From an uncultured delta proteobacterium (GTDB lineage Bacteria; Desulfobacterota; Zymogenia; Zymogenales; Zymogenaceae), in NCBI GenBank assembly GCA_963735595.1, contig CAVTLK010000005.1, forward strand, positions 160,001-224,000: 64,000 bases of DNA, given 5' to 3'. The position numbers were made by a program, and so were the translations under genes. The notes beneath the pieces are model-generated. The model searched no databases. It worked only from the letters and a program-made list of their open reading frames with translations, and had not been told where the DNA came from. Below, piece by piece: positions 20,792 to 31,030 of the stretch; the stretch's first letter is position 1, and each line of letters begins with the position of its first letter.

Positions 20792-22155
20792 TCATTTCCC
20801 GAGGATCGTCGCGTCCAATCGGCCCCCTTTTCACCCCTCGCGCGTCTCTTCATAATGAGGTAGTAGGCGACTCCCGTCGCCACCAGAACGAAGAAGAACC
20901 AGAACATGAACCGGTCGGAGTTGAAGAGCTCCATGAAGAGGGCCGCTATGGCGACGGCAAAAAAGAGGATCCCCATGACGACGCACGCGACCAAAAGGCC
21001 GTTGGGGCACCTTGAACTTGGCTCGCCTTCCACGCGTCCGGCATCTTTCGTCTTGAGCATGACCGAGGCGATCATTACCGGCACGAAGATCACCAGCCCC
21101 CCGATCGATGCGTAGATGGCAAAGGACTTTATCGGAATCCCGGAAATGACCGCGATTACCGACAGCGCCCAGATGAGCGTCAGCATATAGATCGGTGTCC
21201 CGAACCGCGGATTGACCCGTGTGAGGACGCCGGGGAGGAGCCCGTCCTTACCGACGATCATCAGTGACTTCGTCCCCCACATGAAGGTGGCGTTAAGCGT
21301 CGTGGCTATGGCCAGGATCGCCCCGCCGATGATGAAGAAATTGAGGGACGCAGGCGAGAGAAAGGCCCGGGCCGATTCGATCAGGGACTTGTCCGCGCAG
21401 GCCTCCCATCCCGTGACTCCCACGGCCACGAAGCTCATGGTAATGTAGATAACGGCAACCAGCGGGATGGAGATAAGGAGCGAGATCGGGATCGTCCGAT
21501 GGGGTTTTTTGATTTCTCCGCCCAGCTCGATGATGGCGTTTGCACCCATGTACGGGAAAGGTGAGGAGCGCCGCCGCGGAAATAATCGAGAGCGTCCCCT
21601 GCGGTGCGGTCAGCCCGAGGTTGATCGTGTCTATGTGGGGAATACCCAGCGCCGTATACATAATCAGAGCGCCGATCATCACGAGGACCATCAGGCCCTG
21701 GACGCTGGGCGGCAAACCTGACCCCAAATATATTGACGACATAAAAGAAGGTCAGGACGAGCGCCGAGAAGAGCGGTACGTTGATGCCCGGGAAGAAGTG
21801 CTTCAAGTACTCGACGAGCGTTACCGCGTAGAGCGGGAAGAAGCCCAGGAAGGCGCCGATGGCGTAGATCCACAGGCCCATGAAGGCCGCGGCGGGCGAA
21901 AAAAGCCGGGAGGGATAGGTATAGTTGCCCCCGACGGTCGGGATCGCCGATCCGAGGAACGCGATCGGCAGCATAAAGAACGCCACCGGGATCAGCGCCA
22001 GCGCGTACGCGACGGGAAGGGCCGCCCCGCAGATACCGATGGCGATGCCGGTCATGGCGAAGACGCCGGCGCCGACGGTCTGGCCCACCTCAATGCCCAC
22101 TACCTCCGGGCAGGCCGAGCACCCTTTTCAGTCCGAGAATTCCTTCTTCCTTCAT
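20792..22155 (-). CDS. APC-family amino acid permease (frameshifted)
   Basis: 'GQTVGAGVF', 'IPTVGGNY', 'ELGGEIKKPHRTIP', 'DGLLP..VNPRFGTP'. Confidence 0.85.
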
Positions 22156-22359
22156 GGCAAGACCTCATTAAAGTGCAGTGAAGATACCCCGTACGCTGCG
22201 GGGCGAAACGAACGGCACGATTACGGCCGTCACGGAGACGGCAGGGATCGCCGCCGTGTCGGCAAGGCGTCACCGTGGATAGGCGGGCCGGCTTTTAGGC
22301 CTTGACTTAACGCCGCCGCGTGATATATCATGATAGGTAATACTATCATATAGGATGAT

Positions 22360-22639
22360 ATGAAGACAAGACGTATACTCATCATCGCGTCTCTCGTCGT
22401 TTCGCTGGCGGTGCTCTCTCTGGCGGCCTTTGGGAAACGGGGGGTCTTTGCCCTTATCAGCCTCAACGCAGAAGAAAGATAAGCTCACCGAGGAAATCGA
22501 CCGCCTCAAAAGGAGAACAGCGACCTCTCCGCGGAGTTGAAGCGGCTTCGAGCGGCCCGACTATCAGGAGCAGTTCATCAGATCGCGTATGGGAATGGCC
22601 CGGGAGGGAGAAATAATATATATCTTCACCGACGAGTAA
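22360..22639 (+). CDS. ftsB: Septum formation initiator (FtsB/DivIC family), frameshifted
   Basis: Short cytoplasmic tail, TM, 'FGKRG', coiled coil, 'EQFIRSRMGMAREGEIIY'. Confidence 0.75.
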
Positions 22640-22642
22640 GCG

Positions 22643-24509
22643 ATGTTCTGCAATCTGTGCGGGGCCAACATCCCAGACGGCTCCCCCCGGTGTTCGAAAT
22701 GTAAGAACTTCTTCCCCAAGAATCTTGGAGCGTATACCTATAAGGTCATCCTTGTCTCGTTTTCCGACTACACCGCGAAGAAAGAGACCGCAAAGTTCCT
22801 TGCCGCCCGAACGCCCGACGCGACCCTTGGCGAGGTCGTAAAACGCCTCGATTCTCTCCCGCTGGTCATCGCCAAGCGAGTCGACGAAAAAAAGGCGCGA
22901 GAGCTTGAGGAGGCGCTTACCCGCCTGGGCGCCCGAACGCGATTTCGTGCCCCTTCTCGAAAACGAACAGGAAAAGGCCCGGCTTATTGCGGAGCTCAAA
23001 CGGCCCTTGAAACAATCCTATACAGAGGGTAAAGCCATTGCCATTCCCCGGTCGGTTGAACGCCTCGAAACCGAAACAAGGAAGCGTGTCATCGGCGTTA
23101 AATTCACCCTCGGTACCGTAACCGTAATCGCCTTTGTCGTCCTTTTTATTGTCCTTCCCCGGTACTATAATAATTTTTACGAGCGAACAGAAGAATAATC
23201 CGCAGCCGGGCATGGATCAGCCGACCCCCGGGTCCCCCTTCCCGGCGCCGGGCGACGAAGATGGACAGGGAAATATCCCACCCGCCGATATGCCGCTCCG
23301 GGAGACCCCCGCTATTGTCATTGATGAGAGCGCTCTGCCGTCGCAGGACCCGACAGCGGCCGAGGCGCTCTCCCTTTTTCAACGGGGATTCTACGCCGAG
23401 GCGCTGGACAAGTACCTCGAAGCCAGAAAAAAAGATCCCACCGACGATCGGCTTAGAAAAAACGTTGCGCTCTGCTACCTGGCGATCGGCTGGGAGGCGC
23501 TAAACAAGAGATGATCTTGACGAGGCCGAAAAGAACTTCACCGTTTCCCTGACTTACTCCGAGCAATACCAGGCCTATGAGGGTCTCGGCTATATCGCCA
23601 GCAAGAAAGACGATCTGGTGGCTGCCGAGAAGTATTACCTCAAGGCCCTTGAGATTAATCCGCAGGCCGAGGAGGCCAGGCTTAACCTGGGGATCGTCTA
23701 CTATTACCGGGAAAAGCTGGACCAGGCGCCTGGCAAGCCTGACGGAGTATGCCCAGGCCAATCCTTCGGACGAGACGGCAAAATACTATATCGAAAAGAT
23801 TAAGCGCGAAAGCCCCGTGGAAAACGGCCTCGATACCCGGGAAACGGGACATTTTATCGTCAAGTATTCCGGCTCAAACAAGGACCTGGTAGGTGATTGG
23901 CTGCTGCCTATTCTCGAGGACGCCTACGCGGTCGTCGGTGAGAGGCTCGGCTATTACCCCGATCGAAATATTACCGTGATCCTGTATACAGACCAGGAAT
24001 TCAAGGCGGCCACGGATTCCCCCGGCTGGGCCGGGGCAATCTTTGATGGAAAGATCAGGATTCCCGTCAAGGGCGCATCGGACTCCGCCGATCTCCTCAG
24101 GAAGATGGTCATTCATGAATATACCCACGCCGTCGTCTTTGAACTCTCGGGGCAGGGCTGTCCCACGTGGCTCAACGAGGGACTGGCCCAGATTATGGAG
24201 GGGGCCGGTGTGGATGACGCGGATACCGTTGCGATAGACTACGTGAAGCTGAAGGGCCCCACAATACCGTTGAGGAGCCTTGGCGGAAGTTTCACGACCA
24301 TGTCATCCGAAAACGCCTATGGCGCCTATATGATGAGCCTCTCAGCCGTCGATTTTCTCAGGAAAAAATACGGCATGAGTTCTATAAAGGCGATCCTTGC
24401 CGGGATCAAGGAAGGCAAAACCGTCGATCAGGCGATCCAGGCAAGCCTCCTGATTTCTCTTGACGATTTCGTGGATCGCTGGGTCGTCTACCTGCAGAAC
24501 AAACGCTGA
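22643..24509 (+). CDS. Zinc-ribbon / L7-L12-like / TM / TPR / MA-clan metallopeptidase protein (frameshifted)
   Basis: CNLC..CSKC; TM 'FTLGTVTVIAFVVLFIVLP'; TPR helices; 'HEYTH' plus 'WLNEGLA'. Confidence 0.7.
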
Positions 24510-24565
24510 CGGTCGCACACGGCGGGCGATTGCCCGCTCCTAACCGGCCCGGTGAGAGGTACGGA

Positions 24566-25683
24566 ATGGTTTCTGAAAAAAGCGTGATTCAAAAGGCGTA
24601 CGAGCTCGGGTTTGCGGATGTCGGCTTTACCGGCGCCGATCCCTTCGAATTCCAGAGAGACGTCCTGCGGGAACGTGAGGACGGCTACGCCCCCCTTATC
24701 AGGATCGGGCTGGATCTCGTCGGCGGCACGGACCCGGGAAACGCGCTGGCCGACGCGAAGTCCATTATCGTGCTCATGGAAAACTACTTCAAGGAGTCTT
24801 TCCCCGCTCGATGGAGGGGAAGTTCGGCCGATGCTATCACGACGACGACCGGATGACAAAGGACGGATTATCCCGTCGGGTCAAGGCGTTCAGGGAATGG
24901 CTTAGGGGAAACGGGATTGAGTCCAAGGTCCCGTTCAACCTTTCCCAGCGCCTGGCGGCGGCCCGCGCGGGCCTGGGAGATTTCGGCAAGAACTGCTTCT
25001 TTTACTCAAACAGGGTCGCCCGAAAGAGCTCATGGGTGCTGCCGATCGCCGTGGTCGTTAACCGCGCGTTCGAGCCGAATGAGCCAACGTTTGGGATCGG
25101 GTGCCCCGAATGGTGCCGCAATGCCTGCATAGCCGCCTGCCCCACCCGGGCTATCACTGCCCCCCAGCGGATGGACCCGCGCCGGTGCATCTCTTTTCTC
25201 AGCTACTACGGGGAAGGCCTGACGCCCCGCGATCTCCGCGAGCCGATGGGCATGTGGATCTATGGGTGTGACGTGTGCCAGAACGTCTGCCCGCGCAACC
25301 GCGCCTGGCTTGCCCAGGACCTGCCGCGCAACGCGCGCGCGGCGCAGAAGGCCGCCGATTTCGATCTCTCCCGCATCCTCTCGATGGACCTGACCTTCTA
25401 TCAGACCAGAATCTGGCCCCACATGTTCTACATGCCGGCGGGTGAGACCTGGCGCTGGAAGATGAACGCGGCCCGGGCAATGGGAAACAGCCTTGACCCG
25501 CGTTACGTGCCGGAGCTTGCCCGGGGATTTTCGGAAAACGGGGACGAGCGCGTGCAGGCAATGTGTGCGTGGGCGCTGGGGAGGATCGGCGGATCGGACG
25601 CGCGGGCCGCCCTTGAAGGTTTGCTGCCGGGCGCCGAGGGCGCCGTACGGCAGGAAATCCGGGACGCTCTGGAGATGTGCTGA
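24566..25683 (+). CDS. QueG-like cobalamin/4Fe-4S reductase with HEAT tail (one frameshift)
   Basis: 'LGFADVGF', 'AARAGLGDFGKN', 'CIAACPT', 'RCIS', 'GCDVCQNVCP'. Confidence 0.8.
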
Positions 25684-25695
25684 GGACAGGAGGAG

Positions 25696-25960
25696 TCAGG
25701 GTCGGATGCGTCCTATCGCCTCATCGGGTTTCTCATGATCCCCCACTTCCCCTTCATTTTTACCCCGGCCAGCCCCGTCAAATTGCATATCGATAACGAC
25801 GGCCCCGCCAACGTCTATATACCCTACCTTGCCGCCCGTTGCCGCCAGCGCTAACCCCTCTGAAAACGGCCCGATCGTCTCGTATATCGGCTCAACGACA
25901 TAAGTCACGGGAGCCCGGCCCTGTTCATGGCCCGAAACCGGGGCGGACGGCATTTTCATA
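25696..25960 (-). pseudogene. WG-repeat fragment
   Basis: Single 'PFSEGLA...GKVGYID..G.VVI..QFD' unit with no supporting gene body. Confidence 0.45.
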
Positions 25961-26112
25961 CATATTCTTTTCATTTGACGGTTTTTGTGGTCCGGCGTCG
26001 TATAACAAGTGCGCACGAACCGGCACACAAACAGCGATACATACGCGATCCAATAATCATTATTAGGGACATTCTATATAGGAAACACGAAATAAACGGT
26101 ATGGACTATCTG

Positions 26113-27039
26113 TTACAGTTTCCAGCGGGGATTCGTCCATGCCCATTGATCTGGGTGCCGCATAATCACGTCTGAGATGGCTTGATTGGCCCTTACGGTG
26201 AGCAGGTAGATATCTCGGTGGTAATCGCCGGTTTTCTCCACCTCAAGGGGTGGAAGTATCTCGATCGTGTGTTTGTACCGGGCATGCTCGAAAATGAAAA
26301 TAGGGACGATCGGAGCCCCGGTGCGCAACGACAGTACCGCCGGCCCCGCCGCGGTCAGGGCGGGCCTTCCGAAGAACGGGACGATTATCCCGTCGTGCCT
26401 CTTTCGCTCGTCCGAAATCAGCTGGACGATATAGTTGTTCCTGAGGGCTCGAAGTATTTGCCTGGTCGTAGCCGGTCCGTCGTTGGCGTCGATCCAGGTC
26501 AGGCCGCAGGCCCTTTTCCATCGATCGTAACGAAGCTTGAGATTTCTATTATTAGGGTCCTTGGTGACGGTAGTAAAGGGAAGACCGATCTGTGCGAGGG
26601 CGATGTTGAGCAGGATAAAGTTACCGAAATGAGCGCCCAGTCCGATGACGCCGCTTTTTTTCTCAAGGGCTTGCTTGAGGTGGTCAAGTCCCACGAACGT
26701 TATACTGTCGAACAACCTTGGAAGGTTCTTCGGGTGAGCGTAGTAGACCGAGATGATCGGCACATTCAGAAGGTTTCTGACGGCGCGCTTGGCTATGGCG
26801 CGCTTTTTCCGTTTTGAAAGGGAGTCCCCGAATACGATATTGAAATTGGCCCAAAGGTTCTTCCGAACCTCCGGGAACAGCCACTGCAGAGGAGAAAGAA
26901 GAGCCCAGATAACATCCAGCCCGGCATAAAGAACGGGGACGGGAACGTGAGGAATAGTAAAAGCGAGGATGTCTAAGACGATGATCCCGACTGAGTAACG
27001 AAACCGTTTGAAGAGTGAAGACATAGTAACACGTATCAA
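26113..27039 (-). CDS. Lipid A late acyltransferase family protein (LpxL-like)
   Basis: 'GLDHL', 'AHFGN', 'VPFFGRPA', 'GAPIVP', 'HPDQWAWTNPRWK'. Confidence 0.85.
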   Translation of the reverse strand: MIRVTMSSLFKRFRYSVGIIVLDILAFTIPHVPVPVLYAGLDVIWALLSPLQWLFPEVRKNLWANFNIVFGDSLSKRKKRAIAKRAVRNLLNVPIISVYYAHPKNLPRLFDSITFVGLDHLKQALEKKSGVIGLGAHFGNFILLNIALAQIGLPFTTVTKDPNNRNLKLRYDRWKRACGLTWIDANDGPATTRQILRALRNNYIVQLISDERKRHDGIIVPFFGRPALTAAGPAVLSLRTGAPIVPIFIFEHARYKHTIEILPPLEVEKTGDYHRDIYLLTVRANQAISDVIMRHPDQWAWTNPRWKL

Positions 27040-27056
27040 ACAGATGGACTTCTGTA

Positions 27057-27085
27057 ATAATAGCGTGTGCTCTGAAGTTAGTCAA
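27057..27085 (-). promoter_or_regulatory. Sigma-70 promoter
   Basis: TTGACT-17-TATTAT. Confidence 0.55.
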
Positions 27086-27211
27086 GCTTTTAGGCCGGAG
27101 GGAATCGCGAATCCTGCCAGGTCAGGGCTATGACGAGATGCGGAGTGATCTTCGGGCGATTCGAGGCAAACCATAGTGATCGCGCCGTTCACGTGTGCCC
27201 GTGTGGGGGGC

Positions 27212-28135
27212 TCACATTCGCCAGCGCTGCTGAACCCATGTCCACTGGTCGGGGTGTGCGCGGATGTAATCCTCGATGGCTTGATTGGCGCGGCACGTCA
27301 GCTCGTATACAGCCTGATCGTCATCTCCCGTGGGACGCTTTAACGGGGCGAGGATGTCGATGGCGAACCCTTTGCCTGTATTGGCGATAAAAATCGGGAT
27401 GATCGGGGCGCCGGTCTTTAGTGAAAAGACCGCCGAGCCTACCGCGGTAAGCGCATCTCTTCCGAAGAATGGGGCCACGACACCGCCCCGTTTCTTTCGC
27501 TCGTCGGCGATGAAGTAAACCAGCTTATTATCGGCAAGGGAGTCGCTGATTCGTCGTTTGCCTTTGTCGGGGGTATCGACATCGATATACTTTACATTGC
27601 TTTCGTCCCGCCAGCCGCGCAACTTTCTTTTGAGCATCTCGTTTCGCGGATCTTTGGTGGGCACGATAAACGGGATATCCGAATTAGCCAGCCGCATCGT
27701 AAGGAGGAGAAATCCGGTCATGTGGGCGCCCAATCCGATAACACCCTTGCCGTTGGCAAAGGCCTTGGTCAGGTGCTCGGTGCCGTTGATGGTTACGTCC
27801 CGCCTGAGATGATCGAGGTGTTTTGGTGAACCGTAGAACAGGACATCTCCCGGCATCCGGAAGATATTTCGCATGGACCTGCGGGCGATGCGCCGGATTT
27901 CCCTTCTCGACAGCTCGCCTCCCAGACTCATCGTCAGGTTCTTGATGGTCGTGTTTCGATACGAGGGCAGCGCGATGATGAGCAGGTACAGGGAGAAGAA
28001 AATGGTGTCCATGAGCAGGCGAATAAGCCACAGGGGCATGTTTGCCGCGGCTTTCTCGAGGCCATCCAGAACCACCTCACCAACAAAGTAGCGTACCGAC
28101 TTCAGCGGGACCTTCATAAGCGTACCCAGCATCAA
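27212..28135 (-). CDS. Lipid A late acyltransferase family protein, tandem paralog
   Basis: 'GTEHL', 'APFFGRDA', 'GAPIIP', 'HPDQWTWVQQRWR'. Confidence 0.85.
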   Translation of the reverse strand: MMLGTLMKVPLKSVRYFVGEVVLDGLEKAAANMPLWLIRLLMDTIFFSLYLLIIALPSYRNTTIKNLTMSLGGELSRREIRRIARRSMRNIFRMPGDVLFYGSPKHLDHLRRDVTINGTEHLTKAFANGKGVIGLGAHMTGFLLLTMRLANSDIPFIVPTKDPRNEMLKRKLRGWRDESNVKYIDVDTPDKGKRRISDSLADNKLVYFIADERKKRGGVVAPFFGRDALTAVGSAVFSLKTGAPIIPIFIANTGKGFAIDILAPLKRPTGDDDQAVYELTCRANQAIEDYIRAHPDQWTWVQQRWRM

Positions 28136-28158
28136 AAAGGTTATCTAGAAAAGTTTGT

Positions 28159-28187
28159 ATAATATTACTTTGATATCGGATTGTCAA
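28159..28187 (-). promoter_or_regulatory. Sigma-70 promoter
   Basis: TTGACA-17-TATTAT. Confidence 0.6.
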
Positions 28188-28259
28188 GTATTTTGAGTTT
28201 ACCACCCGAAAAGCAATACCTATACTGAATCCGATTGGGTGCAGACTCATCTAATAAAC

Positions 28260-28406
28260 ATGAAAGATATTTTTATACTTACCGGGATCATTGTGCTCTG
28301 GTTTGTCCTTCAGCGCTGGATACTTCCTCGCCTCGGGGTCAGGACGTGAATGTCACCGGATGAGTGTTCCGGGGACCGGGACAAGAAGGCCGATAAGGGC
28401 GAATAA
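28260..28406 (+). CDS. Candidate 48-aa membrane selenoprotein (Sec at codon 30)
   Basis: MKDIFILTGIIVLWFVLQRWILPRLGVRT-TGA-MSPDECSGDRDKKADKGE-TAA; hairpin TGTTCCGG-GGA-CCGGGACA begins about 16 nt after the TGA. Confidence 0.6.
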
Positions 28407-28627
28407 CGCGTTTTGGCCGATGATCGTCTCAATAACCGATCACCGACCACGGGCTTGACGCTTCAATCTATAGGCCGCACGGCCGACCGGGATCAACGAT
28501 GATGCCACGTACCCGTTTATCTCCAAAGGAAACGACAAATACCCTCGCGCATCTCTAATAGCTTGACATATACCCCACCCTTAATTAGTATATTATATAA
28601 TGATTTTTATATTGGCGGTTCTGTGCC

Positions 28628-29491
28628 ATGATTATCGATATCTGTGTTAGCCCCCCTCTGCCCGAAATTCTGACCGGATTAGCCGACCCGCCGAAGCACC
28701 TCATCGGGTATTCACGCCTCTTTAAGGGCAGCGAAAAGGCCCTCGCGGCGCTCGGGAAATTAACCGTGGAAGACTTCTTCCGCCTGATGGACGCCGCCGG
28801 GATAGGGATCTCTGTGCTCCACGGAGAAGACATGGAGAGCACCTACGGCCGTCGGATCAGCAATGACGTGGTTGCCGACCTCGTCCATCGATATCCGAGC
28901 CGTTTCCGGGGGTTTATCGGGGCCGATCCCCACAAGGGGAGAAAGGCCCTCAAAGAGATCGACCGGATGGTGCGTGAAGGTCTCTGCGGTGTTATGGTCG
29001 CGCCCTGGGAGCACGGGCTTTTTTCCGACAATAAGAAGTACTTCCCGATCTACGAGAGGTGTATCCAGCACGATATACCCATCTGGATTCACACCTCGCT
29101 CAATTTTTCCCACGTGATTCCCATGGAATACGGCAGGCCGCTGGTCCTGGACCGGGTTGCGGTGAAGTACGGCGACCTCAAGATTATCGCCGGTCATGCG
29201 GGCTGGCCCTGGGTCACCGAGATGGTGGCACTGCTCTGGCGGCATGAAAACGTCTACGCGGATATCTCCGGCATCAGGCCGAAGTATATGGGCATGCACA
29301 ATACGGGATGGGAGCCGCTGCTCCATTACGGCAACTCGCTTCTCCAGGACAAAATCCTTTTCGCGACGGCATGGCCGTTGGTCATGCTCGATACGGCGGT
29401 GGGCGACATGCAGGCGCTGCCGCTCAAGCCCGAAGTCAGGGAAAAGTGGCTCTACAAGAATGCCGCGCGGCTCCTCAAGATCGACGGCTGA
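28628..29491 (+). CDS. Amidohydrolase family 2 protein
   Basis: 'YFPIYERC..IPIWIH', 'GHAGWPW', 'NVYADIS', 'KILFATAWP', 'NAARLLKI'. Confidence 0.85.
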   Translation: MIIDICVSPPLPEILTGLADPPKHLIGYSRLFKGSEKALAALGKLTVEDFFRLMDAAGIGISVLHGEDMESTYGRRISNDVVADLVHRYPSRFRGFIGADPHKGRKALKEIDRMVREGLCGVMVAPWEHGLFSDNKKYFPIYERCIQHDIPIWIHTSLNFSHVIPMEYGRPLVLDRVAVKYGDLKIIAGHAGWPWVTEMVALLWRHENVYADISGIRPKYMGMHNTGWEPLLHYGNSLLQDKILFATAWPLVMLDTAVGDMQALPLKPEVREKWLYKNAARLLKIDG

Positions 29492-29602
29492 TCCGCGGTC
29501 ATCGCGGCGGCAGAAGGCCCTCGCGGCGCCGCCATCGGTTTTTCCTTGGTCACAACATCCTGACCTGCACCAATGTATTGAGGCACAAATCAGGAGGCAA
29601 TC

Positions 29603-30980
29603 ATGGCAGAAAAGAAAGGGACGCTCGTACGGGGGCTGACTATCGCGACCGTTTTTACCCTCATTACGGGGGCGATGGTGGGGATGGCGTGGGCGACGCT
29701 TACCAATACGCTGTTTGCCTACGCCGGCCCCGCGGTGCTGTTGACCGCGGTCATCGCGGCCTTTTTCTGCGTCCTCATCGGGCTCTGTTACGCTGAGCTC
29801 TGCGCGGCCATGCCGCTTGCCGGCGGCGAGTACTACTACACGAAACGCTCCATGGGCAATTTCGCCAGTTTCCTGACCGGCTGGTTCCTTATCATTGCCT
29901 ATTCCTCGATGATGCCGGGCGAGGTGATCATCTTCTCGAAGGTGGCCAGCACCCTCATGCCCGATTCCTGGCTGACCCCGGGGCCGACGGCCCTGGGCTA
30001 CCAGTTCCCCCGTCGCGATGATCATCGTCGGGGTGGTTGCCGCCCTCTTCTTCGGCGCGATCAACTACATCGGCATCAAACTCTCGGCCGTCGTCCAGCT
30101 GGTATTTACCGTTCTGCTGTTCGTGGGTATGGCAATATATATCTTAGGGGGCCTGCCCCAGGTAAGCCTCTCAAACATTACCGGGCCGTTCTTCGATAAG
30201 GGTATTGGGGGCATGTTCATGATGGTGCCGATAGCGATTCTGGCCTTCATGGGGTTTGACATCGTGACGAAGGCGGCCGAGGAAATCAAGAGCCCCATAG
30301 AGAAGGTGGTCTGGCTCATTCCGCTGTCAGTCGTGTTCGTCCTCATCTTTTACGTCGGGGTCTTTTTCGTCACCGCCGGCGTTGTCCCTTATACCGAGAT
30401 CGCCGAGAGCACCCTTGAGGTCCCTATCGAGATCGTCGCCACCAAGACGCTCGGTAGTGCCGGATTCTATATCGTTATCATCGCCGGCCTCATGGGGCTC
30501 ATCACAACCCTCAACGGGTTTCTCATCGGGTCGTCCAGGCTCATGTACGGGATGGCCAGGGACGGCGTCCTGCCCAGGGCATTTTCATATATCCACCCCA
30601 AATTTGGTACGCCCTCGTTCGGGATTATTGTCCTGACGCTCGTAGGTATCCTCGGCGCCTTCTTCCAGTTTCTCTTCACGCTGTTTGTGGTGGCGTCTGC
30701 GGCAATCCTGCTGGCCTATATCCTCGTGTGCATCTCCCTTCTCATCCTCAGGAAGAAAGAGCCGAAGATGAAACGGCCATACCGGCTGCGCGCGCCCCGG
30801 ATCGTGGCGAGCCTGGCGATCTTCGGGGCGGTGGTGTCGTTCCTCTTTTCGATCTACATTATCATAAAGGACGAGGAGAGCAGGGTCATCGGTTCCGCCC
30901 TCTTCTTCGGCCTGACCGCGGTCGGGCTGATCTATTATTTCCTGGTCGTGAGAAGGCGCGGTATCAGCGCGAGGACGTAA
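29603..30980 (+). CDS. APC-family amino acid permease (frameshift near 30010)
   Basis: 'CYAEL..AMPLAGGEY', 'FMGFD..AEEIK', 'SRLMYGMARDG..HPKFGTP'. Confidence 0.88.
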
Positions 30981-31030
30981 CGGACCCCGGCGGCGGCAGC
31001 CACGTGTATCGGCAGGAGGACGATAGACTA

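Noticed and set aside
30728..31030. N-terminal extension of the CoA ligase
   Set aside because: Overlaps the permease; the RBS and family-typical start are at 31031
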